Source: a virus (Duplodnaviria > Heunggongvirae > Uroviricota > Caudoviricetes). From it: DNA of 34,130 nucleotides. Position 1 is the first letter of the stretch, and the number at the start of each line of letters is the position of its first letter. A program made the translations under genes and the position numbers. Below the pieces are notes generated by a model, which made no database searches, was not told the origin of the DNA, and saw nothing but the letters and a program-made list of their open reading frames with translations. Where the stretch lies: IMG/VR virus record IMGVR_UViG_2859799533_000006. The stretch is one strand, 5' to 3'. Shown here piece by piece: positions 17,870-26,977 of this stretch.

Positions 17870-18860
17870 TCAGAATGTCAATTTGTTACTGGATTTACCG
17901 AATTTGTCAGACATGGCTCCCAGGCCAGCCAGGACATCAACCTGTCGCTGTCGCCCACCTCCGTGAGCGGCTGGCTGTTGCCAGTAATCTTCGAAGTGAC
18001 GATCGGGTCCAAAGAACGTCGCAGCCTGCTTCACGAACTGTGTGCCGGTATTTCCTGTAGCACGTACCCAGGCGGCATACCGCTTCACGCCATCAAGCAT
18101 GGTCTCCGGTTTTATTCCTTCCCTGATACGGGCTTTCCAGGCTTTGAAGGCTGCTGACTTGGAATTGCCACCAGCACGTTTGGGATATTCCTGCCAGGCC
18201 TGTTCAAATTCCGGTGAATATTCCTGTCGGGCAGAACGCGCTGGCGCAGACGCGTCAGCGGATGCATCAATAGTGTTTTTAGTCTCCGTTGTAATCTCTG
18301 TAGTAATCTCTGTATTTGTATCAACATTCGGCGTATCCCTGTTCCGTTATGACGTCGGGGGTGTTCCGTTTTAACGTAATAGCTGTATCGCTGATTGCAT
18401 TATTGCTGTTACTTTCTGGCGAAACAGAAGAAGGTGTGGTGATGGCCGCAATTGCCTGTGGGTTGATCCCGACAAACAAAATATTGCTGCATTTCACCCC
18501 ATCGAGCATTTCCACCGTGCGTAAATCCAGAGTAATAAACCCTGCATCGCGCAGACGCTTCAGCGCATCTGCGGTTTCCCTTTTCCCGAAACCAAACTGC
18601 TCAGCAAACGCCTGGTAGCTTCTTTGCAGTTTGTCGCCCTGAAAACGCTTGCGATATCCCAGCAACGCTCCGGTGTGCTCATCCCTGACCTCTGTCGGGC
18701 GGTACCAGTAAACGATCTCTGAAAGCAGAGCGATAGCCGTCGCATCCGGACGCCCACTGGGTAGTCGAATATATTTCCACCAGTTCGCAGGTGTAACATT
18801 GCCGGAAATATTAATTTGACCAATAGCCATAACTTCCGGTGTGGGGGCGTAACGGCTCAT
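17870..18860 (-). pseudogene. phage replication initiator (O-like), frameshifted near 18337 at a GGG run; contains an in-gene tandem repeat
   Basis: N-terminal ORF 18321..18860 ends ...DVITEQGYAEC-stop; the +1 frame continues DTPNVDTNTEITTEITTE...EYSPEFEQAWQEYPKRAGGNSK...MLDGVKRYAAW... to 17870; 12-bp tandem gtaatctctgta x2 at 18291..18314. Confidence 0.6.
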
Positions 18861-19156
18861 ACAACCTCCTTCCGCGGCATGAGAATTGTGTAGCCACGCG
18901 CAGGTTGTAGTCTGGCTTTTGCATCAATAGTAAGCGTTGCAATTTTTCGGATATGAAGATAACCAGCTCTTTCCAGTGCCAGGGTTTCCCTGAATATCGC
19001 TTGCTTAGAACAACAGCAGAAATCAGCAAGCACCTGATGATCAATAACTCTCTCGCCTTCACCGTCTGAAGAACCCGACATCAAAACACGCAACATAATC
19101 AGGCGCTGAATCGGGTTATCGAAAGCACATCCGCACACAAACTGAAAACAGTTCAC
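18857..19156 (-). CDS. putative HTH regulatory protein, translationally coupled to the initiator gene
   Basis: 99-aa ORF with HTH-like segment SKQAIFRETLALERAGYLHI; stop overlaps the downstream start (ATGA). Confidence 0.45.
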   Translation of the reverse strand: MNCFQFVCGCAFDNPIQRLIMLRVLMSGSSDGEGERVIDHQVLADFCCCSKQAIFRETLALERAGYLHIRKIATLTIDAKARLQPARGYTILMPRKEVV

Positions 19157-19377
19157 GCCACACCTCCCAGACGCTTAAACATTTTTCCAGACAGAAATAC
19201 CGCCAGAGGGTAACTGATGGTGTAGCTACGCCCCTGTAGTTCGCACACGACTTTCTGGCTTTCAGCGTTGACTAGGCAAACCCGCAGAACGTGACCGTTG
19301 CTGGTGGCGAACCACTGCCCCACACGGGGGCAACGGTTGTATCGGTGATACAGGGAATTAACGATGTGGCGGATCAT
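19153..19377 (-). CDS. hypothetical protein (coupled operon member)
   Basis: 74-aa ORF with ATGA overlaps on both sides. Confidence 0.4.
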   Translation of the reverse strand: MIRHIVNSLYHRYNRCPRVGQWFATSNGHVLRVCLVNAESQKVVCELQGRSYTISYPLAVFLSGKMFKRLGGVA

Positions 19378-19568
19378 GGACGCACCTCCACCGTAGTTAC
19401 GTATTTAACCGGGCTACCTTTCATTGAGATGGTTTCACACATCTCTGCCGCTTTCAGTTCCGCTGTTTTTCTGGATTTATAGCGACGGTGCCAGACAGAT
19501 ACATCCGTGCGAACTGATACATCGTTTCTGTATTCCGTAGTGGAGATGATGATTTCGTAACTAATCAT
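19374..19568 (-). CDS. hypothetical protein (coupled operon member)
   Basis: 64-aa ORF overlapping the rha stop and the next start by 4 nt. Confidence 0.4.
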   Translation of the reverse strand: MISYEIIISTTEYRNDVSVRTDVSVWHRRYKSRKTAELKAAEMCETISMKGSPVKYVTTVEVRP

Positions 19569-20116
19569 GGGCGAACCTCCTTGTCAGAACCATTCAGCCT
19601 GGAATCAACAAGTGCAGCGCCAAAAACAGCATCACCAACACGGTCGTACAGTTTGCTAGCCAGCGGAGATTCAACGGCCTTAAGCATTGGATAAAGCTGG
19701 CTTGTCCAGATTTGATGGATTTCACGCAAATGCAGGTATACGCCTCTGGCGTTTCGTGCGACAGCTGACATATCAACCGCGTCAGCACCAGATAAATTCT
19801 TCTCCATCTGGTTAAAGGCGTTGATGTATGCCTCTTTGAACCGGGCTGCACGTTTGCCAGTAAAGCCCATAGCAAGGAACGCGAAGCCATCGCGGGTGAT
19901 TTGATAGCAAGGTAGTTTGCGGCCTGTGCAATCGGTGTAATCACTGGGCTGAAAATTCAGCTCAGTGAATTCAACAGAGCACTCAAGCGTCTGGATTTTT
20001 TGAATAACGTTTTTGTGCTGCTTGCAGAAATATTCGGCAACGGCCAAAGAAGAGGTAACAGCCTTCCCATGGATAACATCAATTTTAGGGTGAGTTTGGG
20101 TAGGGGTGGTTGCCAT
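19565..20116 (-). CDS. rha: phage regulatory protein Rha family
   Basis: MATTPTQTHPKIDVIHGKAVTSSLAVAEYFCKQHKNVIQKIQTL...FTELNF...YQITRDGFAFLAMGFTGKRAARFKEAYINAFNQME matches the Rha N-terminal domain; GAGGA RBS 9 nt upstream of the ATG at 20116. Confidence 0.8.
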   Translation of the reverse strand: MATTPTQTHPKIDVIHGKAVTSSLAVAEYFCKQHKNVIQKIQTLECSVEFTELNFQPSDYTDCTGRKLPCYQITRDGFAFLAMGFTGKRAARFKEAYINAFNQMEKNLSGADAVDMSAVARNARGVYLHLREIHQIWTSQLYPMLKAVESPLASKLYDRVGDAVFGAALVDSRLNGSDKEVRP

Positions 20117-20280
20117 AGTGACATCCTCATGTGCGAATTTTGAAAACTCACCACATGGGACGCCAATCACAGAGGTGGTGAGACGTACAGGGTTGGCGTA
20201 ACCGGTCGCACATGACCCCGGCGCATCTTTCGATGCCCCTGCACGCCCCACCATAATTTGGATGTGAGGAAACGTGCGCA

Positions 20281-20303
20281 AAAAAACCGCTGAAGCGCGG
20301 TTA
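20281..20303 (-). terminator. putative rho-independent terminator upstream of rha (minus strand)
   Basis: Minus-strand hairpin aaccgcg...cgcggtt followed by T7. Confidence 0.45.
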
Positions 20304-20521
20304 TGCGCATGTGCGAATTTCAGGACGCCAATCCCGGCACCCGCTTTATAAGGTGCGGAGACAGTGTAACGTCCCGAAATTGCAGAATCAATATTTGGTC
20401 TTGAAATGATCATATAGCTGCTGATATCTTTAGAACTGTTCTTGGATGTTTCGGAGCCGTTTTATGCGAAACAGCTCCCCGTTATTGATGTTGAGTGAGC
20501 CGGGTTACTCCCGGCTTTTTT

Positions 20522-21229
20522 TCACCGCTGCCAACCAATAACCTGAAATAACCCCATTTTCGGGTGATACCAGCGAGTCCCTCGCGGTTCTGCTTCCTCC
20601 ATAACCCGATAAAAAGCAGCCATAAACGGTTCCACAGCAACAATTGCGCGACGTGACAACAATCTGTCCGGCGTCATGAACTCATGGGTGTCTGTAGGAA
20701 TTTGATAGGCGTTCACCAGATTGCGGCATTTATCATCTGACAAACCGGTTTTTGCTTTCAGTTGGCGATATCCGGCATAGCCCTCACGAATAGTGCCCTT
20801 TTTAATTTGCTCGACTGTTTCAGCAACGTGGCTGACTTTTTCTTCCACCTGAGTGATCCGTTTCTGTTGGCGAACGGCTTCAAGAGCCATCGCGGCAACC
20901 ATTTCGATTTCGCTCATTGGCTTACGGATCTGTTCTTCCAGTTCGCGCCAGCGATCTACCAGGCGAGCTGTGAATTCAGGACAGAGCTGTGCGACGACAA
21001 TGATGCTGTCGCGCTTACCTCGTTCACCTTCGAATACATACGCGCTAGAAAATCGGCGAGGCCCAAGTGATTGTTTATTCTCAATTTCCACAGTCTGTGG
21101 AAATTGGATGATTCCCTTTTTAGCCAGTGTTTCAATAGTTCTCTTAACACTATCTGGTCGGCTTCCCACCAGCTCTGCGATCTCAACGCTGGTCATGGAT
21201 GCTTTGCCGTTAAAAATTGCGGTGTTCAT
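20522..21229 (-). CDS. phage DNA-binding regulatory protein (Rha/ORF6N-like antirepressor type)
   Basis: 235 aa; N-terminal MTSVEIAELVGSRPDSVKRTIETLAKKGII HTH-like region and coiled-coil middle; first large gene of the rightward operon. Confidence 0.55.
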   Translation of the reverse strand: MNTAIFNGKASMTSVEIAELVGSRPDSVKRTIETLAKKGIIQFPQTVEIENKQSLGPRRFSSAYVFEGERGKRDSIIVVAQLCPEFTARLVDRWRELEEQIRKPMSEIEMVAAMALEAVRQQKRITQVEEKVSHVAETVEQIKKGTIREGYAGYRQLKAKTGLSDDKCRNLVNAYQIPTDTHEFMTPDRLLSRRAIVAVEPFMAAFYRVMEEAEPRGTRWYHPKMGLFQVIGWQR

Positions 21230-21453
21230 TGTTGGTCTCCTGTGGGCTTGTCATCTTCTGTATTCGCTAGCCTTGGGTGTGTATATGGAATGCTCGGATC
21301 CAGATGACAAAGAATGGCAACATCCTCCGGAACACCTCGCGTTTTCCACTTTCCAACACCTTGACTGCCACGAGGCCTTCCTTTCTTTGGGAACCTGCGA
21401 CCAATAGCGGCATTGGTTTTAAATTGAATTTTTAATATTTCATAAAGGGTCAT
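21226..21453 (-). CDS. small basic protein at the cro position (possible Cro analogue; not a typical HTH)
   Basis: 75-aa ORF divergent from the repressor gene, coupled by ATGA to the next gene; contains a basic GRPRG (AT-hook-like) segment. Confidence 0.35.
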   Translation of the reverse strand: MTLYEILKIQFKTNAAIGRRFPKKGRPRGSQGVGKWKTRGVPEDVAILCHLDPSIPYTHPRLANTEDDKPTGDQQ

Positions 21454-21564
21454 TCTTTAGTCTCACACCAGATACTTTGTTATTCAACGATGTTAACCGC
21501 GGGATTCCAAAGTATCAAGAAATTCTGTTACTTTCGTATCAACAGCCATGAGAGGAGAAGAAAA
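21454..21564. promoter_or_regulatory. divergent promoter/operator region between the repressor gene and the rightward operon
   Basis: 110-bp intergenic region with the repeated motif CAAAGTATCAA (21507..21517), an inverted partial copy gatactttg (21470..21478) and a related tactttcgtatcaac (21528..21542). Confidence 0.5.
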
Positions 21565-22221
21565 ATGAAGTCTTTAGGTGAACGTCTCATCAACGCACGG
21601 CAAAAAGCTGGGTTAACACAAGATGCGTTGGCTAAAAAAGCTGGGATCACCAGAGTTGCAATCAGTAAAGCCGAGCAAGGCCTTACAAAAAGTTTCAACG
21701 GTGACACCCTTTTTAAAGTTGCAGCTGCACTGCGGTGTTCACCGCAGTGGCTTCAGAACGGAGATGAAAAAGATAAGCATTGGGAAAATAATGTTAAGAG
21801 CTGCCCACAGAGAGACACAGCACACTCTTACCCTGTAATTAACTGGGTTCAGGCAGGATTATTCGCAACTTCTGGTGATGACTACAACATGTATGATCAG
21901 GATAATTGGAGGCATTCTGTAAAATACGCTGGTGAGAGGGGGTTCTGGCTGGAAGTGCACGGAGACTCAATGACTTCGCCCGTAGGAATAACATTTCCTG
22001 AAGGAATGTCGATCCTTGTCAACCCAGATAAAGAAGTTTTTTCAGGGTGTTACGTCATCGCCAGAAAAAAATCCACCAATGAAGCAACATTCAAAAAATA
22101 TATTTCTGACATGGGAAAGGCGTTTCTAAAGCCCCTTAATCCACAATATCCAATCATAGAAATGGACAATGATTGCGAAATAGTAGGTGTTGTGGTTGAT
22201 GCCAGGTGGGATATTTTCTGA
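21565..22221 (+). CDS. cI: CI-like repressor (HTH plus LexA/S24 peptidase domain)
   Basis: MKSLGERLINARQKAGLTQDALAKKAGITRVAISKAEQG (HTH) followed by an S24-like domain with GDSM (Ser) and a conserved Lys; GAGGAGAAG RBS. Confidence 0.85.
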   Translation: MKSLGERLINARQKAGLTQDALAKKAGITRVAISKAEQGLTKSFNGDTLFKVAAALRCSPQWLQNGDEKDKHWENNVKSCPQRDTAHSYPVINWVQAGLFATSGDDYNMYDQDNWRHSVKYAGERGFWLEVHGDSMTSPVGITFPEGMSILVNPDKEVFSGCYVIARKKSTNEATFKKYISDMGKAFLKPLNPQYPIIEMDNDCEIVGVVVDARWDIF

Positions 22222-22246
22222 CCAGACACAAAACACAAAAAGAAAC

Positions 22247-22323
22247 CAAAGTATCAAAATCACTTGCCACACCTTGACACCTTAGTTACCATAAAACAAA
22301 GTTCGTAACTGAGGTATCATCTC
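22247..22323 (+). promoter_or_regulatory. putative operator plus promoter downstream of cI
   Basis: Third copy of CAAAGTATCAA at 22247..22257, then TTGCCA-N17-TACCAT ahead of the 22324 ORF. Confidence 0.35.
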
Positions 22324-22827
22324 ATGATCAATAAAGCTACAACTCTTGACTGTCTCGAAGAACTGAAAAACCTCGGCAGCCTCATTACACTAATAGCAAA
22401 AGCAACACCTGATGCTACACTCTCTAGCGATATAGAGTCATGCGCAGGACTGGCATGGGATATGACAAATAGCATATCCAGAAAGCTATCGTCAGCAATG
22501 CTTTTACAGAACAAAAATTCTGCAATCAACAACCGTCTTCGCACCCAACGCGAAGCCTGCGGCTTAACAACCGCCGAACTCGCCAGGCTGCTCGATCTCG
22601 ATGAAGAAATTATCATCCAGTGGGAGAGCGGAGAGTATGAACCAACTATCAGTATGCTTATCCCACTGGCAAATATTCTTGGCTGCGATCCGATGTGGCT
22701 GTTAACTGGTGAGGTTACTCCTCCGGAGCAACCAAAAAGTGAGGAGCAGCAACACCATGACGCATCTCAACAAGTTTGCCCCTTATCTCGCGAAGCTCTT
22801 CTGCGGAAGAACCAATACCAATGGTGA
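22324..22827 (+). CDS. XRE-family HTH protein at the rex-equivalent position
   Basis: 167 aa; central HTH (LRTQREACGLTTAELARLLDLDEEIIIQWESGEYEPTISMLIPLANILGCDPMWLL). Confidence 0.55.
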   Translation: MINKATTLDCLEELKNLGSLITLIAKATPDATLSSDIESCAGLAWDMTNSISRKLSSAMLLQNKNSAINNRLRTQREACGLTTAELARLLDLDEEIIIQWESGEYEPTISMLIPLANILGCDPMWLLTGEVTPPEQPKSEEQQHHDASQQVCPLSREALLRKNQYQW

Positions 22828-22975
22828 CATAATCGCCGCTTCGCCCTTCAAGGTACATGCGAACATTTTTATCAATCATTGCGGAAACAGTCTCAATATG
22901 AAAACACTTCTGAGACTCGCTATATAGCAGAACATATAAGTCAGCTGAGGAAGCCATGAAAAAGTTCGAAAACAT
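22715..22975 (-). CDS. hypothetical protein (antisense/convergent; uncertain)
   Basis: 86-aa ORF with GGAGAA RBS 6 nt upstream of its ATG; overlaps the 3' end of 22324..22827 and the 5' end of 22956..23321. Confidence 0.35.
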   Translation of the reverse strand: MFSNFFMASSADLYVLLYSESQKCFHIETVSAMIDKNVRMYLEGRSGDYVTIGIGSSAEELREIRGKLVEMRHGVAAPHFLVAPEE

Positions 22976-23321
22976 AACTGTTCTCCATGTTGATGACTTT
23001 GATTATACAAACCCGGAACTTCTCCCGGAGGTTGTAAAGGCAATAGATGTTGCCGATATAGTGATTAGAGAAAAGAGAATTGTCAAAAACAGGCTCGCAT
23101 GCACTTCAGGAGCAATGACAGAAACAACCTCACAGCAAGATAATTACGAAGGCATTTGTCTGGAGCCTGATTCATTTGCGGTAAATGTTTATCATTTATT
23201 GCATGCAACACAGGTATTACATATGTCCAGTAATCACGAAACGAAAACACTCGGCAGCGAAATTCTGAGTTTTGCATGTGAGTATACAAAAGCTGCTGCC
23301 GAAAAAGAATTAGCGCAATAA
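22956..23321 (+). CDS. hypothetical protein
   Basis: 121-aa ORF MKKFENITVLHVDDFDYTNPELLPEV... with GAGGAAG RBS. Confidence 0.45.
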   Translation: MKKFENITVLHVDDFDYTNPELLPEVVKAIDVADIVIREKRIVKNRLACTSGAMTETTSQQDNYEGICLEPDSFAVNVYHLLHATQVLHMSSNHETKTLGSEILSFACEYTKAAAEKELAQ

Positions 23322-23448
23322 CAACAAATATGCCCTGAACGTTTATTGCGGTTTTATCGCCGGGGATTGTTACAACCTTAATCCGCAGGAGGCTTTATTG
23401 TGACTTTTATAAAGAATATGGCATCACACAAGACCGCTGGATTTGCCC

Positions 23449-23756
23449 CTATATTTCCAGACATCTGTTATCACTTAACCCATTACAAGCCCGCTGCCGC
23501 AGATATTCCCGTGGCGAGCGATAACCCAGCGCACTATGCGGATGCCATTCGTTATAATGCTCGAACGCCTCTGCAAGGTTCTTTGCTGCCGTTAACCCGT
23601 CTGGTTTGGGCATGATACTGATGTAGTCACGCTTTATCGTTTTCACGAAGCTCTCTGCTATTCCGTTACTCTCCGGACTCCGCACCGCCGTGTTCTTCGG
23701 TTCAAGTCCCAACATCCGGGCGAACTGGCGTGTTTCATTAGCCCGGTAGCATGAAC
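23449..23756 (-). pseudogene. insD: IS2 transposase InsD, 3' fragment
   Basis: ORF 23449..23715 encodes the InsD C-terminus ([31 protein letters not shown]...); separated from the 5' part by IS629. Confidence 0.85.
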
Positions 23757-23798
23757 TGAACCGCCCCGGGTTTCCTGGAGAGTGTTTTATCTGTGAAC

Positions 23799-24689
23799 TC
23801 AGGCTGCCAGATCATCGTTTCCGATGGAAGCATAATAAGCTTTTTCTGCTTCTGCCGGAGGAGTATGGCCCAGCCTTTCCAGCAATCGTCGATTGTTATA
23901 CCAGTCCACCCACGTGAGTGTGGCCAGTTCCACTTCTGCACGGTTTTTCCAGCTCTTACGGTGTATTACCTCCGCTTTGTAAAGACCATTGATGCTCTCC
24001 GCCATCGCGTTGTCATACGAGTCGCCTGTACTTCCTGTTGATGCCAGTAATCCGGCTTCCTTAAGCCGCTGTGTGTAGGCCAGCGATACATACTGAGAAC
24101 CTTTATCACTGTGATGGACCGTGCCGGACGGTCGACGGGCCCATAACGCCTGCTCCAGAGCATCCAGCACGAATGTCGTTTCCATGGACGATGAGACCCG
24201 CCACCCCACGATGTATCCGGCAAACACATCAATGATGAACGCCACATAGACGAAGCCCTGCCATGTGCTGACGTAAGTAAAATCAGCCACCCACAGCTGG
24301 TCAGGTCGTTCTGCCACGAACTGACGGTTTACGCGGTCGCCTGCGGCAACGGCTTTCCGGCTGATGGTCGTACGGACCTTTTTACCCCGGAGAACACCGG
24401 CAAGTCCCATAACCGCCATGAGACGTGCCACAGTGCATCTGGCCACTCTGATACCTTCCCGTAACAACTGACGCCAGACTTTACGCACACCGTATACCTG
24501 ATGATTCCCATCGTATACGCGCAGTATCTCTTTCTTCAGCCAGTCATCGCGCTGCGCACGGGCACTGCGTTTATCAGGATGATGTCGCTGTTGCTGACAG
24601 TGGTAATACGTTGACGGGGCAATATGCAGTTCACTGCATACCGGTCCGACCCCGTACAGCTTACGCAGCTTATCCAGCAGTGGCATCAC
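23799..24689 (-). CDS. IS629 transposase OrfB (DDE integrase domain)
   Basis: 296-aa ORF with the IS3-family catalytic region; overlaps orfA in the arrangement for a -1 frameshift fusion. Confidence 0.9.
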
Positions 24690-25012
24690 TTTTTCCAGAG
24701 GCGGTCGAACTCCGCCTTCGCAAAATAAGCGGAAGCCTGGCGAAGGATATCGTTACTGCGGCGCAGTTCACGATTTTCACGCTCCAGCTCTTTCAGACGC
24801 TGACGTTCAGCGGTGGTGAGCCCTCCATCACCGCCCCCGGTATCCCGCTCATGCTGGCGAACCCAGACACGCAGAGTCTCCGGCGTACAGCCAATCTTTG
24901 GAGCAATGGAACAAATTGTCGCCCATTGTGAGTCATATTCGCCCTGACTTTCCAGAACCATACGGACTGCCCGTTGACGGACTTCGGGGGAAAAACGAGT
25001 ATTTTTAGTCAT
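24686..25012 (-). CDS. IS629 transposase OrfA
   Basis: 108-aa HTH/leucine-zipper protein [22 protein letters not shown]... Confidence 0.9.
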   Translation of the reverse strand: MTKNTRFSPEVRQRAVRMVLESQGEYDSQWATICSIAPKIGCTPETLRVWVRQHERDTGGGDGGLTTAERQRLKELERENRELRRSNDILRQASAYFAKAEFDRLWKK

Positions 25013-25066
25013 CCTGTTTACCTCTTTCTCAGGAAGTTTAGTCTCCAGGATTCCCGGGGCGGTTCA

Positions 25067-25667
25067 AACCATTATCCGTCAGCCACTCCACTGGAGACGA
25101 CGGAAGATCGTTGCCGAAGCGGCGTTCCACCGCTCCCAGCATGACGTCCTGTACTGTTTCACTGTTGAAGCCGCCGGTAGTCACCGCCCAGTGCAGTGCC
25201 TCACGATCACAGCAGTCCAGCGCGAACGTGACACGCAGTCTCTCTCCGTTATCACAGCAGAACTCGAACCCGTCAGAGCACCATCGCTGATTGCTTTCTT
25301 TCACGGCCACTCTGCCTGTATGTGCCCGTTTCGATGGCGGTACAGCAGGTTTTCGCTCAAGCAACAGCGCATTCTGGCGCATGATCCGGTAAACACGTTT
25401 GGCATTGATCGCAGGCATACCATCAAGTTCTGCCTGTCTGCGAAGCAGCGCCCATACCCGACGATAACCATACGTGGGCAGCTCTCCGATAACATGGTGT
25501 ATACGGAGAAGCACATCCGTATCATCAGTGTGACGACTGCGGCGGCCATCCATCCAGTCATCGGTTCGTCTGAGAATGACGTGCAACTGCGCACGCGACA
25601 CCCGGAGACAACGGCTGACTAAGCTTACTCCCCATCCCCGGGCAATAAGGGCGCGTGCGCTATCCAC
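25067..25667 (-). pseudogene. insD: IS2 transposase InsD, 5' fragment
   Basis: ORF 25038..25667 ([21 protein letters not shown]...) runs into the IS629 end at 25066. Confidence 0.85.
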
Positions 25668-25990
25668 TTTTTTGCCCGTCCATATTCAACGGCTTCTTTG
25701 AGGAGTTCATTTTCCATCGTTTTCTTGCCGAGCAGGCGCTGGAGTTCTTTAATCTGCTTCATAGCGGCAGCAAGTTCAGAGGCAGGAACAACCTGTTCTC
25801 CGGCGGCCACAGCAGTAAGACTTCCTTCCTGGTATTGCTTACGCCAGAGAAATAACTGGCTGGCTGCTACACCATGTTGCCGGGCAACGAGGGAGACCGT
25901 CATCCCCGGTTCAAAGCTCTGCTGAACAATTGCGATCTTTTCCTGTGTGGTACGCCGTCTGCGTTTCTCCGGCCCTAAGACATCAATCAT
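25625..25990 (-). CDS. insC: IS2 transposase InsC (OrfA)
   Basis: [56 protein letters not shown]... (121 aa). Confidence 0.9.
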
Positions 25991-26164
25991 CTGTACTCCA
26001 ATGACTAGTCTAAAAACTAGTATTAAGACTATCACTTATTTAAGTGATACTGGTTGTCTGGAGATTCAGGGGGCCAGTCTAACCGCCTGCCTTATTGCAC
26101 AATACGGTGAAAATTACATGCATATTGCCTGCTTATTTCTGCGTAAAGCATACGGGAGATAATA

Positions 26165-26365
26165 ATGCATCAGAAAACAGCAGAACACGAACAAACCAGA
26201 ATATTGCTGACCATCAAAAACGGGAAAGTAATATTCATTCGCCATGTTCATGACGATGAACTTGTAGGAACTCTTTCAACATTCCTGTTTATTGCAGAAA
26301 AGGCAGGATATGACGTTATTGCACCAGCAGATGAAGATGAAGATGAAGATGAAGATGAGGAATAA
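26165..26365 (+). CDS. small protein with poly-acidic C-terminal tail
   Basis: MHQKTAEHEQTRILLTIKNGKVIFIRHVHDDELVGTLSTFLFIAEKAGYDVIAPADEDEDEDEDEE; the tail is encoded by a (GATGAA)n repeat. Confidence 0.45.
   Translation: MHQKTAEHEQTRILLTIKNGKVIFIRHVHDDELVGTLSTFLFIAEKAGYDVIAPADEDEDEDEDEE
26330..26362 (+). repeat. hexanucleotide tandem repeat (GATGAA)x4 plus GATGAG-GAA
   Basis: Read directly from the sequence at the 3' end of ORF 26165..26365. Confidence 0.9.
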
Positions 26366-26370
26366 ATATC

Positions 26371-26967
26371 ATGCAATACGATGAATTCCAGGCTGAAGCA
26401 ACAGCCAATGGTATACGAACTGGCAGTATGACGATTGATTATCACGACGCCATACGTCGTCTGGATGCCGGAGAATTCGATACTCCTAATGTGCGAGGTT
26501 TACGTATCCTTCAGTGTCTGGCGCAAGCCGACGAAGCAGGATTACTGGGTAAACTTCCGGTTGAGATGAAGGTTGCTCAGTGGCGATGGTTGTATGTGAC
26601 GACATTCATCAACGAAGAAGAAGACAAGAACGGCACAATTGATATCCTGAATGAACACGGAACAACTGAACACGGAACAACTGAACACGCCGTGGTATAT
26701 AACGGGATGTATGGGTTTATGACGATATATCCCGGCCCCATTCGATTTGCCTTACAACAGTATATTGAATGGAATTTAATTCAAAAATACGGCGAAGCTG
26801 AAGGAATGGGAAGAGCGCTGTTTCTTTATCAGAAAATGCTCACTACTTCCCCTGATAAAGGTTTCATTCTTTCAGATATGGGTCGAGAAGGGCTTGAAAT
26901 CCTTCTGGATGAAATTATTAACGAAATGAATACTCATGGCATGCAATCCGAAACAGATATTAAGTAA
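26371..26967 (+). CDS. hypothetical early-left-operon protein with internal EHGTT repeat
   Basis: 198-aa ORF starting 5 nt after the previous stop; contains a 15-bp tandem repeat encoding EHGTTEHGTTEH. Confidence 0.55.
   Translation: MQYDEFQAEATANGIRTGSMTIDYHDAIRRLDAGEFDTPNVRGLRILQCLAQADEAGLLGKLPVEMKVAQWRWLYVTTFINEEEDKNGTIDILNEHGTTEHGTTEHAVVYNGMYGFMTIYPGPIRFALQQYIEWNLIQKYGEAEGMGRALFLYQKMLTTSPDKGFILSDMGREGLEILLDEIINEMNTHGMQSETDIK
26653..26689 (+). repeat. 15-bp tandem repeat gaacacggaacaact, about 2.5 copies
   Basis: Copies at 26653..26667 and 26668..26682, partial at 26683..26689. Confidence 0.9.
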
Positions 26968-26977
26968 AAGGGACCAC

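Larger units (their letters stand above)
23757..25066 (-). mobile_element. IS629 copy 1 (IS3 family), inserted in IS2 insD; 3-bp target duplication AAC
   Basis: 1310 bp bounded by TGAACCGCCCCGGG...CCCGGGGCGGTTCA; flanking AAC at 23754..23756 and 25067..25069. Confidence 0.9.
23438..26081 (-). mobile_element. IS2 (1331 bp) interrupted by a nested IS629; 5-bp target duplication ACCGC
   Basis: IS2 termini TGGATTTGCCCCTATATTTCCAGACATC (23438) and ...GGGGGCCAGTCTA (26081); flanking ACCGC at 23433..23437 and 26082..26086; 2644 bp = 1331 + 1310 + 3. Confidence 0.9.

Noticed and set aside
23793-24041. Plus-strand ORFs inside IS629 (23793..24041, 24611..24931, and their copies at 28273..28521 and 29091..29411)
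   Set aside because: Antisense to the IS629 transposase genes and duplicated only because the IS is duplicated.
26248-26445. Minus-strand ORF with a poly-serine run
   Set aside because: It is the antisense reading of the GATGAA repeat that encodes the acidic tail of the plus-strand gene.
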